35,512 nt of DNA from Candidatus Thorarchaeota archaeon. Lineage in GTDB: Archaea; Asgardarchaeota; Thorarchaeia; Thorarchaeales; Thorarchaeaceae. Shown piece after piece: positions 28,274-35,512 of this stretch; position 1 is the stretch's first letter, and each line of letters opens with the position of its first letter. The notes beneath the pieces are model-generated. The model had not been told where the DNA came from, did not search any database, and saw only the letters and a program-made list of their open reading frames with translations. Made by a program: the position numbers and the translations under genes. Location of the stretch: contig JAEOUG010000140.1 in the NCBI GenBank assembly GCA_016839445.1, positions 1 through 35,512 on the forward strand. Direction: 5' to 3'.

Positions 28274-28681
28274 ATGTCTACCATGTCCTCCGGCAAACGG
28301 ACTGCATTGATGTTCGGTGGCATTCTTGTCATAATCGTCTTCTTCTTCGGCGGGTTTCTGAGCTTCATCTGGATGGATGATTGGAATGTTGGCTCCATCC
28401 TGTTCAGAATGATGGTGCTACCTTTCGTAGGTTTCATTATTGGGGCTGCCATGATCATCTACGCATCCGGCGGACTCCAACAGAGGACAGGCATAGGTCT
28501 CTTTGGCATGGTGAGGCCAACCGAGCCGTCAAGGGACAGGAGCTTCGTCCACGATCTGCCAGAGAAGTGCCCGAACTGCAAGGCACAGATAGGAAGCGAA
28601 ACCGTGGATTGGGTTGGACCTCTTACCGCCCGATGCCCTTACTGCGGGTCTTCCATAAGGACTGAGAAAAGAGAGCTGTAG
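28274..28681 (+). CDS. 2-TM membrane protein with C-terminal zinc ribbon
   Basis: Two TM helices then CPNC...CPYC. Confidence 0.8.
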   Translation: MSTMSSGKRTALMFGGILVIIVFFFGGFLSFIWMDDWNVGSILFRMMVLPFVGFIIGAAMIIYASGGLQQRTGIGLFGMVRPTEPSRDRSFVHDLPEKCPNCKAQIGSETVDWVGPLTARCPYCGSSIRTEKREL

Positions 28682-28750
28682 AGCCTCTCCTTGGCGCTAT
28701 CCGCAAGCTATATGTCAGGTTCTGAAGTCGAACCTGATGAGGTTAAGCCC

Positions 28751-29815
28751 ATGGACCCAAGAGTGGAGGAACACGCGCGAGTTCTTGTTGAATGGAGCGC
28801 TGAGGTCAAGAAAGGAGACCAGGTCGTTATTTCAGCCTCTCCGCGAGCGCACGACCTAGTCAAGGCAATCACAAAGGCAGTGGCAGAAGCCGGCGGCACA
28901 AGTATCACTCTCATGCAGAGTGAGGAAGTCAGCCGCGCATTCTATGATGGCGCTTCAGATGAAACCCTAGAGGTGTTTCCTAGGCACATGAAGGCGCTTG
29001 TAGAGCAGACTGATGTTTTCTTCGGTATTAACGCCCCTGTGAATACCAAGGCTCTTGCGAGAGTGGATCCAAAGAGGATTGTCGCTCGCTCGAAGGCGAC
29101 GAAAGAGATCAGTGACATCATAACCGGGAAGCGCTGGGTGGCGACTGTCCACCCCTGTGAGACCCTAGCCCAGCAAGGCGACATGAGCTTGGATGAATAC
29201 AGAGACTTCGCGTATGGCGCGATGCTCATCGACTGGAAAGAAGCAAGCAAGAACATGAATCTGATGAAGGAGAAGCTCGAGCGCCATAACGACGTTCGCT
29301 TCGTGGGTCCTGAAACAGACCTTTATGCCAAGACCGAGGGCAGGATATGGATTGCTGCTGATGGCAAGTACAACATGCCTGATGGAGAGGTCTTCACGGC
29401 CCCGGTTGAAGACACGGTCGAAGGCTCAATCTACTTCGACGTTCCGTTCATGCAGCAAGGCAAAGTCGTTCAGGGAGTCCGCCTGAAATTCGAGAAGGGA
29501 GAGGTTGTGGACTTCTCGGCAGAGAAGTCAGAAGCAACTCTCAAGGCGATTCTAGAGATCGATGAAGGTGCGAAGAAGCTTGGCGAGATGGCCATTGGCA
29601 CAAACCGTGGCATCAAAGACTACACACTGAACATGCTCTTCGACGAGAAGATAGGCGACACGATTCACTGTGCGCTTGGAATGGCCTATCCCGAATGCAA
29701 CGGCACGAATGAGAGCGCCATTCACGTAGATATGATCAAGACCATGGATGACGGCGAGGTTCTTGCAGGCGATGAAATCATCTACTCGAAGGGCAAGTAC
29801 TTCTATGAGAAGTGA
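28751..29815 (+). CDS. M29-family (thermophilic metallo-) aminopeptidase, copy 1
   Basis: NMPDGEVFTAP, LGEMAIGTN, LFDEKIGDTIHCALG.AY, NESAIHVDMI; start moved to ATG 28751 by alignment with copy 2. Confidence 0.93.
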   Translation: MDPRVEEHARVLVEWSAEVKKGDQVVISASPRAHDLVKAITKAVAEAGGTSITLMQSEEVSRAFYDGASDETLEVFPRHMKALVEQTDVFFGINAPVNTKALARVDPKRIVARSKATKEISDIITGKRWVATVHPCETLAQQGDMSLDEYRDFAYGAMLIDWKEASKNMNLMKEKLERHNDVRFVGPETDLYAKTEGRIWIAADGKYNMPDGEVFTAPVEDTVEGSIYFDVPFMQQGKVVQGVRLKFEKGEVVDFSAEKSEATLKAILEIDEGAKKLGEMAIGTNRGIKDYTLNMLFDEKIGDTIHCALGMAYPECNGTNESAIHVDMIKTMDDGEVLAGDEIIYSKGKYFYEK

Positions 29816-29828
29816 GGTGTGATACGAC

Positions 29829-30890
29829 ATGGATCCTAGAGTAATAGAACACGCCAAGGTAATAGTGGACTGGAGCACAGAAGTCAAGAATGGTGACATG
29901 GTCATCATCAATGCCACTCCAGAATCACACGAGCTTGTGGTGGCACTCTACAAAGAAGTCGCAAGAGCTGGCGGACGTGTAGTCACTCTCATGTACAGCG
30001 AAGAGGCGGCGAGAGCCTTCTACGATGGAGCCTCTGAGAAGACACTCTCGCTTGTGCCAGAACACCTGAAAGCCATTACAGAAGCCTGTGATGTCTACAT
30101 CTCCCTTAGATCACCCGTCAACAATATGGCTCTGGCAAACGTTGACTCGGCCAAGCTTACTCTGGACTCGAGGACACAGCAGGACATACAGGCCACAAGG
30201 CTGAGCAAGAGATGGTGTCTTACGGTGCATCCCTGCCAGACACTGGCGCAGCAGGCGGGAATGAGCCTTGAAGAGTATCGTGAGTTCGTCTATGGTGCGA
30301 CCCTAATCGACTGGAAAGAAGAGAGCAAACAGATGTACCTGATAAAGGAGCATCTGGAGAGGCATAAGGACGTTCGGTTCACTGGCCCTGAAACAGACTT
30401 GTATGCCTCTACGGAAGGCCGAATCTGGATAGCTTCCGACGGCAAACATAACATGCCCTCAGGAGAGGTCTTCACAGCCCCGGTGGAAGACTCAGTTGAG
30501 GGGTCAATCTACTTCGATATTCCATTCCTGCAGCAGGGCAAGGTGATACAGGGAGTCCGATTGACCTTTGAGAAGGGAGAAGTAGTGGACTTCTCGGCCG
30601 AGAAGGAAGAAGCCAAGCTCAAACAGATTATTGATACAGACGAGGGGTCGCGGAGACTAGGTGAGATGGCCATCGGCACCAACAGAGGTATCCAGCAGTA
30701 CACACTGAACATGCTCTTTGATGAGAAGATAGGCGATACGATACACTGTGCTCTTGGGCGTGCCTACAAGGACTGCAACGGCGTCAATGACTCTGCGGTT
30801 CATGTAGACATGATCAAATCCATGAAGCAGGGAGAAGTCATCGCAGGGGATGAGAAGATCTACTCGAAGGGCAAGTTCTTCTACGAGTGA
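29829..30890 (+). CDS. M29-family aminopeptidase, copy 2
   Basis: NMPSGEVFTAP, LGEMAIGTN, LFDEKIGDTIHCALGRAY, NDSAVHVDMI; GAGGTG SD overlapping the stop of copy 1. Confidence 0.93.
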   Translation: MDPRVIEHAKVIVDWSTEVKNGDMVIINATPESHELVVALYKEVARAGGRVVTLMYSEEAARAFYDGASEKTLSLVPEHLKAITEACDVYISLRSPVNNMALANVDSAKLTLDSRTQQDIQATRLSKRWCLTVHPCQTLAQQAGMSLEEYREFVYGATLIDWKEESKQMYLIKEHLERHKDVRFTGPETDLYASTEGRIWIASDGKHNMPSGEVFTAPVEDSVEGSIYFDIPFLQQGKVIQGVRLTFEKGEVVDFSAEKEEAKLKQIIDTDEGSRRLGEMAIGTNRGIQQYTLNMLFDEKIGDTIHCALGRAYKDCNGVNDSAVHVDMIKSMKQGEVIAGDEKIYSKGKFFYE

Positions 30891-30891
30891 C

Positions 30892-31089
30892 TCACGGGTC
30901 GCCTGGAACAGGGGCAGGCTCAGCAGCTCTGCGATTGACGGTGTCCCAGAACTCCAAGACACTCTCACGAACCCTGTTCTTCTTGTCAGGCTTGCCGTTT
31001 ACTCCAAGACAGAAGACGCAGTACTCCTCCGTTCCTTGTGCTTTGGTCTTCTCGTCGAGGATAAGGCCACATATCTTACAGCGCGTCAT
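30892..31089 (-). CDS. Small zinc-ribbon protein (Zn_ribbon_2-like)
   Basis: CKICGLIL......GTEEYCVFC pattern; start ATG 31089 (GTG 31104 possible). Confidence 0.65.
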   Translation of the reverse strand: MTRCKICGLILDEKTKAQGTEEYCVFCLGVNGKPDKKNRVRESVLEFWDTVNRRAAEPAPVPGDP

Positions 31090-31231
31090 CCCAAGATTCG
31101 TCACTCTCTAGACCCCAAATAAGCAGGTGTTTCTCAGCAAGTGCATGGAAATTGTGCCTACACGGCCAGAGATGGCGCAGAACGTGTTAGTATTAAGCAA
31201 TACTCGGCCTCTGTCTGAATGTGGATAGCCC

Positions 31232-32080
31232 ATGAGAGCATCGAGGTCTGACTTGATTCGCCGTATCCTTCTGGTTCTGGACGGCAATCCTTCGTCAATC
31301 TACGACATCCTCTACAGCATGAATGACTTCAGTGACCCGAAAAGAACCAGAATGCCTAAGCTCTTGAAGGCAATGGAAAAGGATGAACTCGTGAAGAGCG
31401 CCCTTCAGCCAGGGCCTCTGGGACCATACAGGAGAATCTACGAGCATGGGCCCAAAGCAGGGGAGTACCTCAGGAGCCAGTTAAGGTGTGGTATTGAGAC
31501 TCTCATGCACTTCTACCTCAAGTACAGATCCGAAGCAAGCAATCCTATCAACGCACTTCCCATTGAGCCCGAGGATTCAGCCTTGAAGGGAAATGTCCTC
31601 TTCGCCTCCTATCCTAATCTGACAGTAGAAGAACTTGAAACCATCCGCGATGCTGTGATGTCCAGAGAGGATCTGGATGTCAGCATTATTGGTCCTGACA
31701 ACATCTTGAGTAGATCAGGAATCGACTATCAGGTAGCAGGGAAGAGCCTAGACAGGATAGACGCCAACGGAAGCTCCTTTGACTGCATTGAACTTCACGG
31801 AGTCCCACCAAGGGCAGAGCTTGCAGTGGCCGTTTCGGAGTTTGAACGTGTTCTTGCCTCAGGGGGAAGACTCCGAATTCTCACCCAGCTGGTGTTCCTT
31901 GAGGAACCGAAGAAGCCCAATCTTGAGCAGTTCATACGCATAACTGCATCCACGCTCTTCCCAGAGGTCGGCATTGTGGAAGGTAAGGATGTGCTGCGCG
32001 TGCTCACAAATGCATTCGGCAACGCGGAGGTGTTTAGAACACGTGATGAGAAGTATGTGTTCATTGCGGAGAAGCAGTAG
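31232..32080 (+). CDS. Winged-HTH protein fused to a degenerate methyltransferase-fold domain
   Basis: PadR-like N-terminus (ILLVL, LKAMEKDELV, GPYRRIYE..PKA); C-terminal SFDCI and EFERVLASGGRLRI match class I MTase late motifs. Confidence 0.72.
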   Translation: MRASRSDLIRRILLVLDGNPSSIYDILYSMNDFSDPKRTRMPKLLKAMEKDELVKSALQPGPLGPYRRIYEHGPKAGEYLRSQLRCGIETLMHFYLKYRSEASNPINALPIEPEDSALKGNVLFASYPNLTVEELETIRDAVMSREDLDVSIIGPDNILSRSGIDYQVAGKSLDRIDANGSSFDCIELHGVPPRAELAVAVSEFERVLASGGRLRILTQLVFLEEPKKPNLEQFIRITASTLFPEVGIVEGKDVLRVLTNAFGNAEVFRTRDEKYVFIAEKQ

Positions 32081-32166
32081 TCACTTGGCCCAACTGAGAG
32101 AAACAGATATCTTTGTATCGCGCAACAGTCAGAGTCTAGGTGCCCTTTGCGTGGGTGTGTGGTCAG

Positions 32167-32598
32167 ATGAGTGACAAGAAGGACCTCCTCGTTGGCTTAG
32201 TCGTAGATGAGAATGTCAGTGCCCTGCAGACCATGCAGGACGAACTGGAGCTCTCAGAGGAAGAAGTCACCGACCTTCTCCGAGAGCTGTTGAAGGAAGG
32301 ACGCATAAACGGGAAGATCTCAGACGATGGGAAGAGGTTCTGGAAGTCCGACGCCAAGGTCTCAAGTGCTCCTGCCATACCTCACGGCGATGACGTGCCA
32401 GCGTTCATGAAGTACGACACGAGACCGGGGATGGGCCTGTCAATCGCCGGCTGCACCATCGATATCATAGCGTTTGTGCTTATGACCTATGCAACAAGCA
32501 CAGTCCACAGCGACGCTGGAGCCATCCTCTTCTTCGTTGGCCTGATTGTGCTGTTGATTGGCCTATACTGGATATCGCTAAGGAAGACACCAGACTAA
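32167..32598 (+). CDS. PCI/DDRGK-like winged-helix domain plus two C-terminal TM helices
   Basis: ELELSEEEVTDLLRELLKEGRINGKISDDGKRF followed by two hydrophobic helices; start ATG 32167. Confidence 0.72.
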   Translation: MSDKKDLLVGLVVDENVSALQTMQDELELSEEEVTDLLRELLKEGRINGKISDDGKRFWKSDAKVSSAPAIPHGDDVPAFMKYDTRPGMGLSIAGCTIDIIAFVLMTYATSTVHSDAGAILFFVGLIVLLIGLYWISLRKTPD

Positions 32599-32666
32599 GC
32601 GTCTTGAACATACAGTACGGCTTAAGTAGTGGTCAACGGCTCGCAGCGTAAGCTGGACTGGTAGCA

Positions 32667-33626
32667 ATGCAGACACTCGGTTTGGAGATCATAGCAATAA
32701 TCGTCTTCGCCATAGGCGTAGGCACTTTGTCCTCAATGATTGGTATCGGAGGAGGAATCCTCAACACTCCGCTTCTCATCATCGTCTTTGGTCTCTCTGC
32801 ACAGCAGGGTCCGGCAACAGCCCTGGTGGCTGCTTTCTTTGTAGCAGTGGCAAGCTCCGCGGCTTACTGGAGGCAGAGCCCCCGGCCAATCATACCGAAA
32901 GTTGGAATCTTGGCTATAGCAACGGCTCCAGGCTCAATTATGGGTGTCATGATGCGTACTTTGATTGCAGATGACATTGTCCTGAGATGGATATTCGGCC
33001 TTTCACTGATGCCAGTCGCGCTGAAGATGCTCTTCGCGAAGCGGAAGGAGAAGGGAGATCTATCATCGGAGCTCTCTGCATTCAATGAGAAGGATATAAC
33101 ACCCAAGAGGTGGGCCATCGCGGCCCTAGGCGGATTCATAGGCGGAATCTCTGCGGGTCTACTGGGCATTGGTGGAGGAGCAGTTGTGGTACCAGTCCTG
33201 TCAATAATAGTTGGATTGCCCATGCATGCCGCTGTAGCTACTTCAATGTTCATAATGACGGTCACAGCTTCATCTGGAACCATCCTGAACTACACCTTGG
33301 GATACATAGATCCATTCTTTGCATTGGCGTTGGGTGTGGGCATGCTAATCGGTGGACAGATGGGCTCTCGTGTCGCATGCAAGGTAAATGCCGTCCAGCT
33401 CAAGCGTATCTTCGGTCTGATTCTTGTATTCCCTCTGGTCAAGATGATGCGGCTTGGTCAGATGTGGCTGAACCCCTCAGGCGACAACCCCCTCGCGGTC
33501 CTCACAGGAGATGTCGTCATTTGGCTGGCCATCGTTGCACCCATCGGCCTTCTGCGACTGTATCAGATCAAGAAGGGAGAGGAACTCAATCCTCGAGCCG
33601 AATCCTTTGAAACACCTCCAGGCTAG
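32667..33626 (+). CDS. Sulfite exporter TauE/SafE family protein
   Basis: Duplicated GIGGG....P motif in both halves, AAVATS, GGQMGSR, LKRIFG. Confidence 0.9.
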   Translation: MQTLGLEIIAIIVFAIGVGTLSSMIGIGGGILNTPLLIIVFGLSAQQGPATALVAAFFVAVASSAAYWRQSPRPIIPKVGILAIATAPGSIMGVMMRTLIADDIVLRWIFGLSLMPVALKMLFAKRKEKGDLSSELSAFNEKDITPKRWAIAALGGFIGGISAGLLGIGGGAVVVPVLSIIVGLPMHAAVATSMFIMTVTASSGTILNYTLGYIDPFFALALGVGMLIGGQMGSRVACKVNAVQLKRIFGLILVFPLVKMMRLGQMWLNPSGDNPLAVLTGDVVIWLAIVAPIGLLRLYQIKKGEELNPRAESFETPPG

Positions 33627-33656
33627 TTGAGTTCTAGACAGTCCACAGAATTCTTC

Positions 33657-33666
33657 AGACTTAATA
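33657..33666 (+). promoter_or_regulatory. Putative TATA box (AGACTTAATA) for the SDR gene
   Basis: First T of the box is 39 nt upstream of ATG 33700, the same spacing as the flavoprotein promoter. Confidence 0.55.
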
Positions 33667-33699
33667 ACCGGTTCCACCCAAACACCACACTTGGTTAGA

Positions 33700-34467
33700 A
33701 TGACAAAACACAATCTCAAAGGCAAGTCGGTAATCATTACTGGTGCCTCTGCAGGTCTAGGAGAGCAGTTTGCTCACGCGTTTTCTGAATCTGGAGCTGA
33801 CGTTGTACTCGCTGCTCGCAGAGAAGATCTGCTCAAGAGAGTTGCAGAGTCTGTTTCAGACAAGTATGGCAACAAAGCCATTCCAGTCAAAGTAGACGTA
33901 AGATCTGAGAAGGACATCATAGGACTAGTGGACAAGACTGTGAAGGAATTCGGGACAGTGGATGTCCTCGTGAACAACGCAGGAATGTACATAGTGAAAC
34001 CTCTTGTTGAGCAGACGCTCGACGATTGGAACGAGGTCATGGATGTCAACCTGACTTCGGCATTCCTGGCCTCCAGAGAGGTGGCGAAGACTATGATTCC
34101 GAATAAGTGCGGCTGCATCATCAACATCTCATCAACCTTCGGCTTGGGTGCAACCGAGTTTACGGAGGTGAGCTACTATGCCTCCAAGGGAGGAATGGTG
34201 GCCCTCACCAAGGCGTTGGCTGTGGAACTTGGCAAGCACAACATCAGAGTCAATGCAATAGCCCCAGGTTTCTTCCCTACCAGCATGTCCGCCGGAGCTT
34301 TTGATGACGAGTACATTCGAGAACGAGTGATCAGACCGCGAACTGCTCTGCCCATGTTTGCAGAGAATGAGTACATCCGGGGTGCAGCTGTCTTCCTTGC
34401 TAGCGACGATGCCAAGTACATCACCGGTCATACTCTGGCCGTTGATGGAGGCTGGCTTGCCTTCTAG
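33700..34467 (+). CDS. Classical short-chain dehydrogenase/reductase (FabG / gluconate 5-dehydrogenase-like)
   Basis: TGASAGLG, LVNNAG, NISS, YYASKGG, RVNAIAPGFF, VDGGW; start ATG 33700. Confidence 0.93.
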   Translation: MTKHNLKGKSVIITGASAGLGEQFAHAFSESGADVVLAARREDLLKRVAESVSDKYGNKAIPVKVDVRSEKDIIGLVDKTVKEFGTVDVLVNNAGMYIVKPLVEQTLDDWNEVMDVNLTSAFLASREVAKTMIPNKCGCIINISSTFGLGATEFTEVSYYASKGGMVALTKALAVELGKHNIRVNAIAPGFFPTSMSAGAFDDEYIRERVIRPRTALPMFAENEYIRGAAVFLASDDAKYITGHTLAVDGGWLAF

Positions 34468-34506
34468 AAGAAAAAACGAGAGGATGGCAGGTCACTCCCT
34501 GCCATC
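34468..34506 (-). terminator. Hairpin plus T-tract terminator between convergent genes
   Basis: GATGGCAGG-TCACTC-CCTGCCATC perfect 9-bp stem (34483-34506), followed on the minus strand by TTTTTTCTT. Confidence 0.7.
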
Positions 34507-34526
34507 ACTATTTCGTGTGGAGAATC

Positions 34527-35510
34527 TCAATCGTGCCAGTCTAGTGCCTCGAAGTCGCGATACTTCTTCCATTGGAATGCGACACCGATTCCTCCTGCGA
34601 CAAGCAGCGACACGAGGAAGACCGCGAAGTTCTGATATGGATCGAAATACTCGGCGAAGAACCAGAACCAAGCAGTTAGGCTCAGAACCCATGCGAATCC
34701 GATTCCGATTCCTCTCCAGCTCTCGGGGCCCTCGCCCCGCTTGCGTGCCCAAGGCAACCACATAGCTAGTAAGAGAGCAAATCCAATAGCCACACTCAAG
34801 AGAACGACAGCAGTGTTTCGTTCACCAGTGAAGCCGCCTGCGAAGAACCACATCCAGATTATGATGAATATCAGCCAGCCGGCAAACACGGTGAGGCTTG
34901 CCTGAGGGCGACGACCCAACTCCACCCCTGCATCAATCGTCATCTTGCTTCGCCAAGGTGAAACGACGATGACAATCATGATGAGGAAGGACAGCAGGAA
35001 TACGGACACGTTCTGGTAGATAGAGAATTCCTCCATCTGGAAGGGAGCCCAGTATATCAGGAACATGAGCCACAGAATGCCACCCATGGCGCTTACCTTA
35101 GAACCTGCCCCTTCTCCAGCAGAAGGAACCCAGAGGAGCACATTGAGCGCACCAACCAGGAGCAGAGAATCCAGCACAACTGCAATGCTCTCAAAGATAC
35201 CCAAGGGTCTCCCTAAGAACGCCACACCAACAGGCCCCGATAGGAACAGGAACCAAAGAATGGCGAAAACAATCCATGCGATTCCTCCAACCGCACTGGC
35301 CTTTGCCCTCCATCCGCCCTCATAAGAGGGAATCCAGATGACCGCATTCATCGCTCCGACAACTAGGAAGCTAACGAATACTATAGCAATATTCGAAAAG
35401 AGGTCGTATAGACTGGCAAAGAAGAACAGCCAGACTATGACAAAGCCCATCCAGCCAATGAAACTTATCATTGAGCTGTACTCTTTGCCGCCCCGTCTTC
35501 TCCGTCGGCC
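34527..35510 (-). CDS. Membrane protein of five tandem two-helix repeats (possibly 5'-truncated by the window edge)
   Basis: Five units of W..F...W..F....F..YQN.AV.L.S.L.......W; the frame stays open upstream of Met 35471 to the end of the window. Confidence 0.8.
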   Translation of the reverse strand, partial: GRRRRRGGKEYSSMISFIGWMGFVIVWLFFFASLYDLFSNIAIVFVSFLVVGAMNAVIWIPSYEGGWRAKASAVGGIAWIVFAILWFLFLSGPVGVAFLGRPLGIFESIAVVLDSLLLVGALNVLLWVPSAGEGAGSKVSAMGGILWLMFLIYWAPFQMEEFSIYQNVSVFLLSFLIMIVIVVSPWRSKMTIDAGVELGRRPQASLTVFAGWLIFIIIWMWFFAGGFTGERNTAVVLLSVAIGFALLLAMWLPWARKRGEGPESWRGIGIGFAWVLSLTAWFWFFAEYFDPYQNFAVFLVSLLVAGGIGVAFQWKKYRDFEALDWHD

Positions 35511-35512
35511 TC

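Noticed and set aside
28751-30890. Assembly-artefact duplication of the aminopeptidase
   Set aside because: The copies differ at many synonymous and non-synonymous sites throughout
16423-33626. Sulfur-metabolism system (DsrE + Mo enzyme + TauE)
   Set aside because: The genes are scattered over 17 kb in separate units; no rhodanese, TusA or NrfD/PsrC anchor links them
25-35325. Numerous short antisense or alternate-frame ORFs in the track (e.g. 1024-1569, 20949-21470, 33110-33610, 34358-34765)
   Set aside because: They lie within well-supported genes and have shadow-ORF composition with no motifs
29-35510. Amber (pyrrolysine) or opal (selenocysteine) readthrough
   Set aside because: Recognisable proteins end at family-typical C-termini, no conserved domain is interrupted by a stop, and the Mo ligand codon is TGC (Cys)
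1-35512. CRISPR array, tRNA/rRNA, IS element, prophage or defence system
   Set aside because: I saw no regularly spaced repeats, cloverleaf-like segments, terminal inverted repeats, or recombinase or nuclease motifs

Overview
Gene-dense archaeal chromosomal window with about 30 supportable CDS. I found no rRNA, tRNA, CRISPR array, integrase or transposase. An archaeal origin is supported by the archaeal-type ThrRS with its N-terminal editing domain and by TATA-like promoters. The mix of C-terminally anchored surface proteins, PCI-like and zinc-ribbon membrane proteins suggests an Asgard archaeon, possibly Thorarchaeia (inference). The content is mostly peptide and amino-acid catabolism: ppdK, SDR-type threonine dehydrogenase, threonine deaminase, saccharopine/lysine dehydrogenase, thrS and tandem M29 aminopeptidases. 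The most unusual elements are: (1) a cytoplasmic Mo/W-bisPGD oxidoreductase with a 2x[4Fe-4S] ferredoxin inserted inside its C-terminal cofactor-binding domain; (2) directly upstream of it, a ~16-TM sensor with an intact H-box but a degenerate ATPase domain, divergent from a 1086-aa GNAT fusion; (3) a TetR gene with a perfect 18-bp palindromic operator facing a methyltransferase and ArsB/NhaD permease; (4) a wHTH-methyltransferase-fold regulator followed by a membrane-anchored PCI/DDRGK-like winged helix; (5) an apparent CTG start codon; and (6) a membrane protein built from five repeats. All family calls come from reading motifs by eye; no searches were run.
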